In this document: one piece after another, positions 46,876 to 56,092 of the stretch
How the letters are laid out: each line of letters starts with the position of its first letter
Numbering within the stretch: position 1 is the stretch's first letter
DNA from: an uncultured Methanosarcinales archaeon
GTDB lineage: Archaea; Nanobdellota; Nanobdellia; Woesearchaeales; GW2011-AR9
Length of the DNA: 64,000 bases
Reading direction: 5' to 3'
Assembly (NCBI GenBank): GCA_964344235.1
Contig: CAYFMJ010000001.1
Coordinates: forward strand, 192,001-256,000
The notes under the pieces: generated by a model
What the model was told of the DNA's origin: nothing
The model's database searches: none
Seen by the model: the letters and a program-made list of their open reading frames with translations, nothing else
Position numbers and translations under genes: made by a program

Positions 46876-47241
46876 TTATTGTCTAAACTCAACGTTTTCC
46901 TTCGACTTAAATTGCCTATCTCCTGTGACAAATGGGTAATTATATGTTTTTGCGTAGATGTAACCCACCGCATCAAAAAAAGAAATTTTTTCTTTTTTGT
47001 GTTTGTGGCGAAACAATATTGCCTCTTTTAAGATTATCTTCGTGACATGTACACTGTAGGGAGTCAGTTTTCTAAACCAGTATTCAGCGGTTTGCTTTCC
47101 GTCTTCACGTAGCAAAACCGAGTAGAATTCAGCTAAAGTAGTGTCTGTAATGACGAATTCTTCAGCGAGATACTGTGAAAAATTGGCATTACCCTCGGTG
47201 ATTTCAATGAGAGCATATGTGTCAAGACATTTCTTTTTCAT
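46876..47241 (-). CDS. vapC: PIN-domain VapC toxin
   Basis: LDTYALIE, T..E, SFFDAVGY, VTGDRQF. Confidence 0.88.
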   Translation of the reverse strand: MKKKCLDTYALIEITEGNANFSQYLAEEFVITDTTLAEFYSVLLREDGKQTAEYWFRKLTPYSVHVTKIILKEAILFRHKHKKEKISFFDAVGYIYAKTYNYPFVTGDRQFKSKENVEFRQ

Positions 47242-47459
47242 ATGAATTTACTCTCCAAGTCTTTTCTGACTTCTTTGAGTATTTTTTTTGTTGATTTTTT
47301 GAAATGGATAGAACCAAAAAGCTCATTGAGGACATTCTTTTTTTTGTGAACTTCAATTGTTATTTCCTCTCCTGGAGCGAGGGATAATTCGTTTACAACT
47401 TTTTTTGGAATGATAATTCCTAGAGAGTTGCCCCATTGCTTGGTTTTTACAGTGGCCAT
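47238..47459 (-). CDS. vapB: AbrB/MazE-type antitoxin
   Basis: KQWGNSLGIIIPK; ATGA overlap with vapC. Confidence 0.9.
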   Translation of the reverse strand: MATVKTKQWGNSLGIIIPKKVVNELSLAPGEEITIEVHKKKNVLNELFGSIHFKKSTKKILKEVRKDLESKFI

Positions 47460-47569
47460 GTATAACTTTTTGGTATAACTTTTATTTAAACTTTTTGGCG
47501 ATATTTGCCGCCTTCTTTCAATATTGAAAAACAGAATACTTTATATAGTGAAAACGTTTATCTTTTCGT

Positions 47570-48796
47570 ATGAGTTTCGCAAAAAAGGGGCAGGCTGCAG
47601 CGGGAGCAGCGGTGTTGGTGTTTATCATTGCTGGCCTGTTAGTGTTGTTTATTTTAGCAATTCCTGCGGAGGATAGGGCTGAGATTTTGGGGGAGGATGT
47701 AAAGAGTAGTTCTAGTAGTAGTTCATCAAGCAGCTCTGATTCTGATAGCGATGAGTTTGAAGATCTCGTGGCGGAGGAAGAGTTATTTGTGATTAGTCCA
47801 GGAAGGATAGATTATTTGGCGCAGAAAGAAGTGGAACATCCGCTGCCAGCAGTAAGTATATTTACGACAACTGATACAACAACGATTGCTGAGAAAAATG
47901 TTGCGTACGCTAAGAAAGGTGTGTTCTCGGAAGAAGTGTCAACATTTTCATTCTCGTTAAGCGATGTTGAGAATACAGAAAATGTGTTGTTGGGGCTACA
48001 TGTTGATGCGGTGAAAGGGGGTTTAGTGGTTTTATTAAATGATGAAGAAGTGTTCCGGTCAGAAGTGGCAGTGGGTCCGTTAGCACCAATTTCTTTACCT
48101 GTTAACTCATTAGCAGAGGAGAATGTTATTACAATTGCAGCGATCTCTCCTGGGTTAGCGTTTTGGAGAACACATGAGATTACAACGAGCAACTTGGTTG
48201 TTGTAGCTGATGTTACAAGCTTTGATTCGCAAAGTTCTAAATCGTTGTTCCTAGTTTCTGATACGGAGAAGAAGAATTTAGATACTGTGAAGCTAAAGTT
48301 CCAACCAAATTGTGTGTTTAGTAAAGTGGGGAAGTTAACAGTTTCTGTTAATGGAAATGTTGTGTACCAAGCGGTTCCAGATTGTGGGGAAGTGATGGTG
48401 CCATTAGAGTTAGACCCAGATGTGATTGAGGAAGGCGAGAATGAAGTAGTATTCCATACCGAGGAAGGGACGTATTTATTATCAAATGTGGTGGTGGAGT
48501 CTGACTTAAAAGATGTTGAGTTCCCAACGTATTTCTTTGATATTGAGCATGAGCAATTTGAAGATGTACAAGATGAAGAGTTACGTGTACGGTTACAGTT
48601 AGACTTTGTTGATGTGGTTGTTTCTAAACGAGGAGATGTTGTATTTAACGGCCATGTAGAAAGTTTTGATACGAAGGAAGTGCAGTTAACGTTTGATTTA
48701 AGTGAGGATATTGTGCAGGGAGTGAATGCGCTTAAGATTAAGCCGAAAAAGACTCTTGAGGTTAGGGAGTTACGTGTTGAATTGGTTGAATCATGA
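47570..48796 (+). CDS. Surface protein with class III (pilin-type) signal peptide and poly-Ser linker
   Basis: MSFAKKG/QAAAGAAVLVFII, S11-DSDSD run (about 47705-47752), acidic beta-rich body. Confidence 0.75.
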   Translation: MSFAKKGQAAAGAAVLVFIIAGLLVLFILAIPAEDRAEILGEDVKSSSSSSSSSSSDSDSDEFEDLVAEEELFVISPGRIDYLAQKEVEHPLPAVSIFTTTDTTTIAEKNVAYAKKGVFSEEVSTFSFSLSDVENTENVLLGLHVDAVKGGLVVLLNDEEVFRSEVAVGPLAPISLPVNSLAEENVITIAAISPGLAFWRTHEITTSNLVVVADVTSFDSQSSKSLFLVSDTEKKNLDTVKLKFQPNCVFSKVGKLTVSVNGNVVYQAVPDCGEVMVPLELDPDVIEEGENEVVFHTEEGTYLLSNVVVESDLKDVEFPTYFFDIEHEQFEDVQDEELRVRLQLDFVDVVVSKRGDVVFNGHVESFDTKEVQLTFDLSEDIVQGVNALKIKPKKTLEVRELRVELVES

Positions 48797-48866
48797 GTAA
48801 GCTTTTTATAGCCTGATTGTTTGTTTTTTCTTGATAGAAGTTTCGTTAACGAAAAAAGAGGAGATT

Positions 48867-50804
48867 ATGGTAGATGATGGCCCTTCAAGGGAGGAGATGA
48901 GCTGGTTTAGGAAAACTGCACGTCAGTTTAGAAGAGATGCTGAGAAAGTTCGCAGAGATGCGGGTGGTGCTCCTCGTTGGAAGCTGGGTGCTAAAAAAGC
49001 AGGGGTTAAAGTTGTTGCGGGAACAGCAGCAGTTGGTGGGGCAGCGTGGAGTGCTGCCAGTGCTGCTGGAAGGGGCGCAGCAAATCAAGCGAAAGGGGCA
49101 GCGAGTAATATCAGTTTTTGGATTTTAATTTTGGGTCTTGTTCATTATTTCCTTCGAATTTGGATTGGGTTTACGGAAGGATTGGCATTAGTATTGGTGT
49201 TTTCTATTGCATTCTGTTTTGCGGGATGTTATGCGCTAGCGTTGAAAGTAGAAAGAGACCGGATTGCCATTTTGATTCCGGTAATAGCGTTTTTAATTTG
49301 GTATTTTGCCTTTGATGCAGCGTTCGATACGCAGTTTTTACTTTACTATATTGCTTCAGTTGTTATCTTGATGGTTATTGTAGGGGCGATTACGCGAGGG
49401 AAAGCAATCGCACCGGAGTTATATGGTTTTATACCAGTAATCTTTTTGTTCTTAGATATTGGATTATTGCCGTTTCTAGTCGATTCATTAAATTGGCCAA
49501 TTACACCGTTAGTTGAGAATTTAATTTTATTTATGCCGTGGTGGGCGTTCTTTGGGTTGCTAACTCTACCGTCGAATGCTACAGGCAGTGGCACAGCTAA
49601 TGGATTAATTGGGTTGTTGAAGCTAGTGGGAATTTTATTTATCATTTTTACATTTATTGCGCCAACGATTCCAGATGTTGGGTATGATTCAACTGCTTCG
49701 GCGATACCACAAGCAGCACAGTTTGAAGAAGCGCAAGCGAAGTTACGGGCAGGCTTACCTCAACAAGAACACCCATTTATTTCAAATTTAGCGTGTATTT
49801 TTGGTGGGCAATATGCCGATGTTTCGGGTTGTGTGAAAGAACGGAATGAGGCAAGAGAGTTGCGCCATCATTGTGAAGAAGTAGAGGGGATCGACCCTTC
49901 AGATACGTTTGCCTATGATGAATGTATAAAGGAGCGGAAAGCACAGAAAGAGAATTCAGCTGGCCAGTTGGAGGGGGCGTTTGACAGATTTATTAGTGAA
50001 CCAATTGTGTTCAAACTGGGTGTGGATGAACGGTTCTTTAATGATGTAGTGAGTTTGTCTCTAACAGAGCAACCACGGTATACTGCAGTCTTAGAATTTG
50101 AAAACCCACCGCAACAACAAATTGGTGTTGAATTAGTTTGTAGTTTTACCAAGAAAGGGAGTAAGGATAGTATTCCGGGTGTTGTTGAAGAAGCGCAACG
50201 CACTGTAACAGCAGGCCAAGGGAAGCAAAATGTAGTGTGTTCTCCAGACCAGCCATTAGAAACTGGAAAATACTCCATTTTCTATAATGCAACACTGGTT
50301 GGTTTAGAATCAAAATCGTACTTGGTGCGGTTCTTTATCGGATCGCAAGATGCGGAAGCGCAAGTGAAGACACTTGATTTAATCGGTAAGGTTGAGGGAG
50401 GGATAGATCAATTTGTTGAATCACAATCGGGAAAAGAATTTGCACTGTTAAAGTTTGGGTTTGGTAATCCGGTTTCGTATCCGATAGTTAACAGCGATAC
50501 TGCTAATGAACTCGCGTTAGCAGTTGAGAATAACGGCCCTGGAGAAGTTGTTGAAATCACCTCCCATGAAATTGATTTTGAGTTAGGTGGGTTTTCAGCT
50601 TCCTGTGGAAAAGGAGGGAAAGTTCTCATTCCAGGTGATGTAAAGAAGGGAACGGATTTAATTCCACAAAGTTGTCCTATTACGAGTTACCCTGCTGATC
50701 CAGTGAACTCTCATGGATATGGATATACGAGAGAGACGTATGAAGGAACGCTTGTGTATGATTACCGTATTACGCTGAAGGAGGATATCGTGATCAATGA
50801 ATAA
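48867..50804 (+). CDS. Multi-pass membrane protein with large Cys-containing extracellular domain
   Basis: GAGGAG SD before ATG 48867; about 7 hydrophobic segments, then a soluble domain ending LVYDYRITLKEDIVINE. Confidence 0.75.
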   Translation: MVDDGPSREEMSWFRKTARQFRRDAEKVRRDAGGAPRWKLGAKKAGVKVVAGTAAVGGAAWSAASAAGRGAANQAKGAASNISFWILILGLVHYFLRIWIGFTEGLALVLVFSIAFCFAGCYALALKVERDRIAILIPVIAFLIWYFAFDAAFDTQFLLYYIASVVILMVIVGAITRGKAIAPELYGFIPVIFLFLDIGLLPFLVDSLNWPITPLVENLILFMPWWAFFGLLTLPSNATGSGTANGLIGLLKLVGILFIIFTFIAPTIPDVGYDSTASAIPQAAQFEEAQAKLRAGLPQQEHPFISNLACIFGGQYADVSGCVKERNEARELRHHCEEVEGIDPSDTFAYDECIKERKAQKENSAGQLEGAFDRFISEPIVFKLGVDERFFNDVVSLSLTEQPRYTAVLEFENPPQQQIGVELVCSFTKKGSKDSIPGVVEEAQRTVTAGQGKQNVVCSPDQPLETGKYSIFYNATLVGLESKSYLVRFFIGSQDAEAQVKTLDLIGKVEGGIDQFVESQSGKEFALLKFGFGNPVSYPIVNSDTANELALAVENNGPGEVVEITSHEIDFELGGFSASCGKGGKVLIPGDVKKGTDLIPQSCPITSYPADPVNSHGYGYTRETYEGTLVYDYRITLKEDIVINE

Positions 50805-51660
50805 GGCAATTTTTGTCATGGCCCTTAGTATTTTGTTGTTTGTTGTAAGTTGTGGTCCAGGAAGTGGCGATGATGTGTTACAGTATAATTTCCAAACAGG
50901 AACAAGTGGTTTACAAATCGATTTATTTGAAAATGCTCCTCCCAGGGAGATTTATCAAGATTCTTCGTTTGGCATTGCGGTTGAATTAGATAACCAGGCA
51001 GCGTATGATATTCCTGGGGGGATTGTGACAATTGTTGGTTTAGATCAAACGTATTTCTATGTGTTTCCTCCAGAACAACCGTTTGGTCCATTGCTGGGAA
51101 GGAGTGCGTTGAGTCCTTCGGGGGATAAAACAGTTGTTGAGTTTAGTGGACAGACCCATAAGTTGTTGGGGAATGCAGAGAAACATATGGCAAATTATAT
51201 TGTGAAAGTCAATTATGTTTCGGAAATGGAGTTTACTGATACTGTGTGTATAAACCCACAGCTGTATGCGGTCTATGATTCTGGCTGTGAGTTAGATGAT
51301 ACGAAGTCATACTCTGGCCAGGGTGCACCTTTAGCAATAACAAAGATGGAGGAGATTATTTCTCCTGGTGGTAATCCTCGTGTTGAGTTCCGGTTATTTT
51401 TGAAAAATAGGGGAAGAGGAGATGTAGGAACCGTTGTGTTCGATAGAGCGCAACTTGGTGGTAAGCCACTAGATTGTCATTTCCAACGTTCAGGGTTAAA
51501 TGAGAAAGAGATACAGTTAACTGAGAAAAAACAGGATGCAGTATTGATTTGTAAGATGTCCTTATTGCATGACTTAAGTTCTTATACAACAACAATTAAT
51601 GTTCATTTTCGGTACGATTATGAGTTACAGAGTAAAGAAAGAGTGACGTTGGTGAAATAG
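50797..51660 (+). CDS. Secreted lipoprotein, paralog of 14988..16906
   Basis: Lipobox VVSC; QGAPLAITKM, LKNRGRGDV, RYDYEL. Confidence 0.8.
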   Translation: MNKAIFVMALSILLFVVSCGPGSGDDVLQYNFQTGTSGLQIDLFENAPPREIYQDSSFGIAVELDNQAAYDIPGGIVTIVGLDQTYFYVFPPEQPFGPLLGRSALSPSGDKTVVEFSGQTHKLLGNAEKHMANYIVKVNYVSEMEFTDTVCINPQLYAVYDSGCELDDTKSYSGQGAPLAITKMEEIISPGGNPRVEFRLFLKNRGRGDVGTVVFDRAQLGGKPLDCHFQRSGLNEKEIQLTEKKQDAVLICKMSLLHDLSSYTTTINVHFRYDYELQSKERVTLVK

Positions 51661-52077
51661 ATGAGAAAAGTTTGGTTGTTGTTGGTTGTAGTATTGGCTT
51701 TTTCGGCCGGAGGTGTTGTGGTTGAAGATTCTTCGCTGTTTCCACACTTTACCACGTTCTTTTCTGATTTTTCTGGGTCTGTTGTATACGATGTTGTTGA
51801 TGTGATTAATAATGTTGAAGGAGAGGTTATTGAAGTGAGAATTACGGAAGAAGGGTTTGTGCCTTCTGAAGTTGTTGTAGGGAAAGGGCAAGAAATTGTG
51901 TGGAGGAATGAGCGGAAAACTAAATCGTTAGTGTATGGGATGAGGGAGATTGATGATTTGAGAAGTCCTTATTTATCTGAGGGAGATGTGTTTATCTGGT
52001 CTGTTTCTGAGTTGGGAAGTTATGTATATGTCGATGCAGTTACGATTGGAAGAACTGGGAAGATAATTGTTCGTTAA
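51661..52077 (+). CDS. Secreted cupredoxin-fold-like protein lacking type-1 Cu ligands
   Basis: Signal peptide; VRITEEGFVPSEVVVGKGQEIVWRNE; no Cys or His in the C-terminal loop. Confidence 0.65.
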   Translation: MRKVWLLLVVVLAFSAGGVVVEDSSLFPHFTTFFSDFSGSVVYDVVDVINNVEGEVIEVRITEEGFVPSEVVVGKGQEIVWRNERKTKSLVYGMREIDDLRSPYLSEGDVFIWSVSELGSYVYVDAVTIGRTGKIIVR

Positions 52078-52313
52078 GCTTTTGCTTTGGCGATGGCAGC
52101 TTCGATTTTTTTCTCATGGAAGCCAATGATTATCTCTTTATTAATTTCTAAGACTGGTGTTACTAACTGACTTGTTTTCTCAAGTAGGTCATCCCAGTAT
52201 TTACTTTCATCCATAACATCTAAGAATTCAAATTTGATCCGTTTTCGTTTAAGCCACTTTTGTAAGTCCATTGACCACTGACAACTGGGGCTTCCGTAGA
52301 GTTTGATATCCAT
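52074..52313 (-). CDS. Glutaredoxin/NrdH-like protein (CxxS)
   Basis: LYGSPSCQWS, TPVLEIN...IIGF. Confidence 0.85.
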   Translation of the reverse strand: MDIKLYGSPSCQWSMDLQKWLKRKRIKFEFLDVMDESKYWDDLLEKTSQLVTPVLEINKEIIIGFHEKKIEAAIAKAKA

Positions 52314-52365
52314 TACGGAGCTAGGGAGATAGTTTTATATATATTTTTTCGTTTATTTTGAAGTT

Positions 52366-52716
52366 ATGAACGAAAAAAAGGTGTTGGTGATAGCGAATGT
52401 TTCTTTAGTTTTGATTGCGATGTTGCTTTCATTAACGTTATTTGGTGTTGAATTACCATCATTGGGTCAGGCAATACATACATTAGATTCCTCTGAACCA
52501 TTTTGTGTCGTTGAGTTTAATAGTGAGGCCAGGGAAATGATTGATATTGATGCGTGTTGTATTGCAGCACGGAAACAATTGAAGTGTGTTACGCAAGGAG
52601 CTGAGGTTGGAGGAGAGGATGTTAGTTTACATTGTTCTACCGCTTCATCTGTTCCGAGTTATTGGTTGAATAATAAAGCCCATTATTATTGTACAGAAAC
52701 GGGGATTTGGCGATGA
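52366..52716 (+). CDS. Membrane-anchored Cys-rich hypothetical protein
   Basis: N-terminal TM helix, six Cys including CC. Confidence 0.7.
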   Translation: MNEKKVLVIANVSLVLIAMLLSLTLFGVELPSLGQAIHTLDSSEPFCVVEFNSEAREMIDIDACCIAARKQLKCVTQGAEVGGEDVSLHCSTASSVPSYWLNNKAHYYCTETGIWR

Positions 52717-53798
52717 AGTTTACAATGAGAAGTACGCAGGAGAAAGTGTTTATTGTTCTTGTAGTGGTGGTGTTAGTTCTTGGTTCATTAAATGTAGTGA
52801 AAGCAAAGGGTTTGTTGATCCCCGAGCAACCAGGCATTATGATTGAAGAGGGGGTGGTTGAGTTAGATTCATTAACGCTTGAACAGAAAATTGCACAAAT
52901 GGTGATTGTGCATGGTGGTTTACACAACAGAGAGGCGTGGAAAAAGATGCAACTGGGTGGGATTCATCAGTTTGCTCTTGCATCACCGCAGTTGTTTAAG
53001 GATATTGTTGGATCATTTCAAGAGGATATGGAAATTCCATTTTTTGTGACAGCTGATTTAGAGGGGTGTTTAAACCCGTTTGCGGCTTTCCATAATTCAA
53101 CGTTTATCAGTGAGATTAGTAGTGTGGAACAAGCGTTTGAGAAAGGGAAGCAGGAAGGAGCATTTTTACGATCACTTGGATTTACATTGAACTTTGCACC
53201 GGTTGTTGATTTGGATGATCATATCTGGGATTGTCGTTCGTTTCCCGGAGGGCCAGCAGAAGTGGGAGAGTTAGCGGGGGCGTATGTTAATGGTTTACAG
53301 AGCCAAGGTGTTATTGCAACAGCAAAGCATTACCCAGGGAAGACATTAGTAATATTAGACCCTCATAAAGAGTTAGTAGTGGCAGAGATTGGTGAAGATG
53401 ACTTGCATCCCTATGAATACTTGGTGCAAGAGACGGATGTGGCAAGTATTATGGTGAGTCATTTGATTGTTTTTGGTGCACTTGATTCTTCGGGAGTTCC
53501 ATCTGTCGTTTCAGGAGAGGTTATTGGGAATTTACGGGAAGAGTATGGTGGATTAATTATTACGGATGACACAATGATGTTGGGTCTTAGAAAGTTTTTT
53601 GATACCGCTGATGAATTGTATGTTGCGGTGTTTCAGGCAGGGGCAGATTTAGTGATTAATTTTGATGAAGACCCCGAAGAAATTTATAGGATGATTCAGG
53701 TTGTTGCGAGTGCAGTTGAAAGTGGAGAGATTAGTCAAGAAGCGATTGATAATTCGGTAAGAAGAATTTTAGAAGCGAAAGGATTTATTGTTGTTTAA
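52713..53798 (+). CDS. Membrane-anchored GH3 beta-N-acetylhexosaminidase (NagZ-like)
   Basis: TADLEGG-like ADLEG, NFAPVVD, RSF, TAKHYPG, LDPH, IMVSH, ITDDTMM; ATGA overlap with the previous gene. Confidence 0.85.
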   Translation: MKFTMRSTQEKVFIVLVVVVLVLGSLNVVKAKGLLIPEQPGIMIEEGVVELDSLTLEQKIAQMVIVHGGLHNREAWKKMQLGGIHQFALASPQLFKDIVGSFQEDMEIPFFVTADLEGCLNPFAAFHNSTFISEISSVEQAFEKGKQEGAFLRSLGFTLNFAPVVDLDDHIWDCRSFPGGPAEVGELAGAYVNGLQSQGVIATAKHYPGKTLVILDPHKELVVAEIGEDDLHPYEYLVQETDVASIMVSHLIVFGALDSSGVPSVVSGEVIGNLREEYGGLIITDDTMMLGLRKFFDTADELYVAVFQAGADLVINFDEDPEEIYRMIQVVASAVESGEISQEAIDNSVRRILEAKGFIVV

Positions 53799-54540
53799 TT
53801 TTATTTGCTTGTGGTTCTACCTTCTTTTCTTTATACGTTGTTAGGGTTGTGTGGTGTAGTGCGATTGTTTGATTGTCTTCTAGCGGTTCCCAGATGATTT
53901 CTTGTAGTTGTGGGATAATTTCAGAACTTACAACGACCATCTCTTCAGTTCTGCCTAAAGACATTTGCAGGTATTTTTTGTGGGAACCTTTACGTATGGC
54001 GATAAATGATACCTCTTTATTTGAGAAGATAAAGTTTGAACTGGTATTGTTATTTAATGATTGCAATGCTGTTTTGATTGCTTCTGTTGCTTTTGCTGTT
54101 TGTAAATTCGTTAGGATGGAGTAAAATAATTGTTCAGAATCTGTTGAGCCCCTTGGCGTGAATTCTGGTGAGAATGGAATGGCCTCTTCAATCGTACCAT
54201 TGTGGCAGAAAACAAATTCATTCTTTTGGAATGGATGAGTGTTGGCCATACTCTTGTTCCCTACACTACCATAGCGAGCATGAATTATTGCTAGGGTTGT
54301 GTTGAGGTTGCGGAATTGTTCTACTAGTGGGTCTTCGAAGATTGGTTGCAGTGATTTGTGGATGTTCCATTCGCCGTTTTGTAAGAATGCGATACCCCAG
54401 CCGTCGGGATGTGTCCAGGAACCCAAGCCTTTTTCGCTATTATTTTCATGGAGCATGGTTTGGTCCCTCGCCATCTCAATAAGGCCTTCAAATAAGGGGT
54501 TTAGGTCCACGTTTCCTGTAGCAATAAGCATTCGACACAT
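53785..54540 (-). CDS. Class II glutamine amidotransferase (YafJ/EgtC/Dug3-like)
   Basis: MCRML (Cys2 nucleophile), HPDGWG, HARYGS, NTHPF, FCHNGTI, GSTDSE. Confidence 0.92.
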   Translation of the reverse strand: MCRMLIATGNVDLNPLFEGLIEMARDQTMLHENNSEKGLGSWTHPDGWGIAFLQNGEWNIHKSLQPIFEDPLVEQFRNLNTTLAIIHARYGSVGNKSMANTHPFQKNEFVFCHNGTIEEAIPFSPEFTPRGSTDSEQLFYSILTNLQTAKATEAIKTALQSLNNNTSSNFIFSNKEVSFIAIRKGSHKKYLQMSLGRTEEMVVVSSEIIPQLQEIIWEPLEDNQTIALHHTTLTTYKEKKVEPQANKIKQQ

Positions 54541-54677
54541 TTTGAATATAGTAAAGTGTATACTGGTATAATTGTTGTATTTAAATACTTTTCGATGTAG
54601 TGGTCTATATCTGTGTTTTTTCCCTTTGGCTGGCGTTTTTTGTTTCTTTTTTTGTTTCTGGGTAGAAATCGCGTTGT

Positions 54678-55289
54678 TTATTGTTGATTTGGCGTAGAAA
54701 AGAGGATCATTCTATGGTCTCTGTACTTTTTGGTTCGTAATGAGTCAAACGCGTCTTTCATGACGTTTTCGGGCACAGAGAGGCCGCCAAGAGCGGGATC
54801 AACGAGATGGAAGTAATTATTGTTGTATCCATGTATAATTATGTAATTTGAGGTGTTTCTCTTTTCATTACGGATGGGTTTGACGTTTAACCGTAGGAGG
54901 AGGATATTATTTTTTGAGAGTTCTTTTATTTCATTAAGTGTGATTGTTCGTTCTGTTATGGGGATATTGTTTGTTATTGCTGCTTTTCTGTGTTTATCTT
55001 CAGAGAATTCCGCGTGGTGGACGTCTTCTTTTGTGTAACGATAGAAACGGTAGTCGGGGAATGAGTAGTTTTGGGTTCCTACGACGATTTTTGGTTTGAG
55101 TTTGTGTTGGTGGGCATAGTTGGCTAGGGCGTAGATTGAAGAGGCTCTTGTTGGGAGGGTGGCAGTTTGGTGCCAGATATCAAATTCTTTTTCTTTTGTT
55201 TTTGGAATCTCTGGGTTGAAGTGATGAAGTACTGTTAATAGGGCAGAGGCTGCTGTGGTAAATGATGTTGATTGGATGTGCGGGATCAT
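54678..55289 (-). CDS. Peptidase C39-like (DUF3335-like) protein, catalytic residues substituted
   Basis: QSTSFTTAASAL (expected Q...FTC), E..IW..T, SNYIIIHG....HLVDP (expected H in place of N). Confidence 0.7.
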   Translation of the reverse strand: MIPHIQSTSFTTAASALLTVLHHFNPEIPKTKEKEFDIWHQTATLPTRASSIYALANYAHQHKLKPKIVVGTQNYSFPDYRFYRYTKEDVHHAEFSEDKHRKAAITNNIPITERTITLNEIKELSKNNILLLRLNVKPIRNEKRNTSNYIIIHGYNNNYFHLVDPALGGLSVPENVMKDAFDSLRTKKYRDHRMILFSTPNQQ

Positions 55290-55350
55290 TGTAGTGGGTA
55301 TAGTTGAGGTATATTAAAAATATCTTGTTTTTGAGTCACTTTGATTGAGT

Positions 55351-56091
55351 TCAATGTTCGGTTATTTCGAATGTAGTGTGGTTTATTGCAATTACTCTCT
55401 CAAAAGGTAATTCTTCCCAAGAAATACCGGGATAATGAAACTTCTCTGAGCTGATGATTAAACTTCCTTCTGTTCTTCCAATTTGCATTCTAAAGTAATT
55501 GGGGAGTGTTCTTGATGATGAATAGATGTAAGTATTTTCTTTGTTAGAAAAAATAATGTTGGAATTAGGTTTTAAATCTCGTCCATTAAACGCATCTTTG
55601 ATGGCTTCTTTAATAGGTAGGTTTTTACTTAGTATTGAAAGGAAGAACCTTTCAGAGTCCGTATCCCCCAAAGGTTTAAATTTTTTTTCATTAAATTCTA
55701 ATCCCTGTCTTATAGTCCCGTTGTGGCAGAAGATAGATTCTCTGTTTTGGAATGGGGCATTATTTTCTAATTTGTTTTCTCCAATTGACCGAAATCTTGC
55801 GTGTAGCATTACAAAATTTGTTTTAATTTTTTTAATCTCTTCAGCTTGCACATCTTCATATATTGGTCTTAACGACTTTTTTAAAATAAAATTATCTTTC
55901 TCTAGGAATGCCATTCCCCATCCATCTCTGTGTTTCGGTCCCCTGGTTAAAAACATCTCCTGCACAATTTTATCTGATAAAAGAGGAATCATGTTGGTGG
56001 TTATCTCCTTTTTATCTTCGGCCATATGTTTCATGCCTTCAAATAAATAGTTCAGATCTACCTCTCCTAAAGCAACTAGCATCCTACACAT
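55351..56091 (-). CDS. Second class II glutamine amidotransferase
   Basis: MCRML, HRDGWG, HARFRS, FCHNGTI, GDTDSE. Confidence 0.92.
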   Translation of the reverse strand: MCRMLVALGEVDLNYLFEGMKHMAEDKKEITTNMIPLLSDKIVQEMFLTRGPKHRDGWGMAFLEKDNFILKKSLRPIYEDVQAEEIKKIKTNFVMLHARFRSIGENKLENNAPFQNRESIFCHNGTIRQGLEFNEKKFKPLGDTDSERFFLSILSKNLPIKEAIKDAFNGRDLKPNSNIIFSNKENTYIYSSSRTLPNYFRMQIGRTEGSLIISSEKFHYPGISWEELPFERVIAINHTTFEITEH

Positions 56092-56092
56092 T

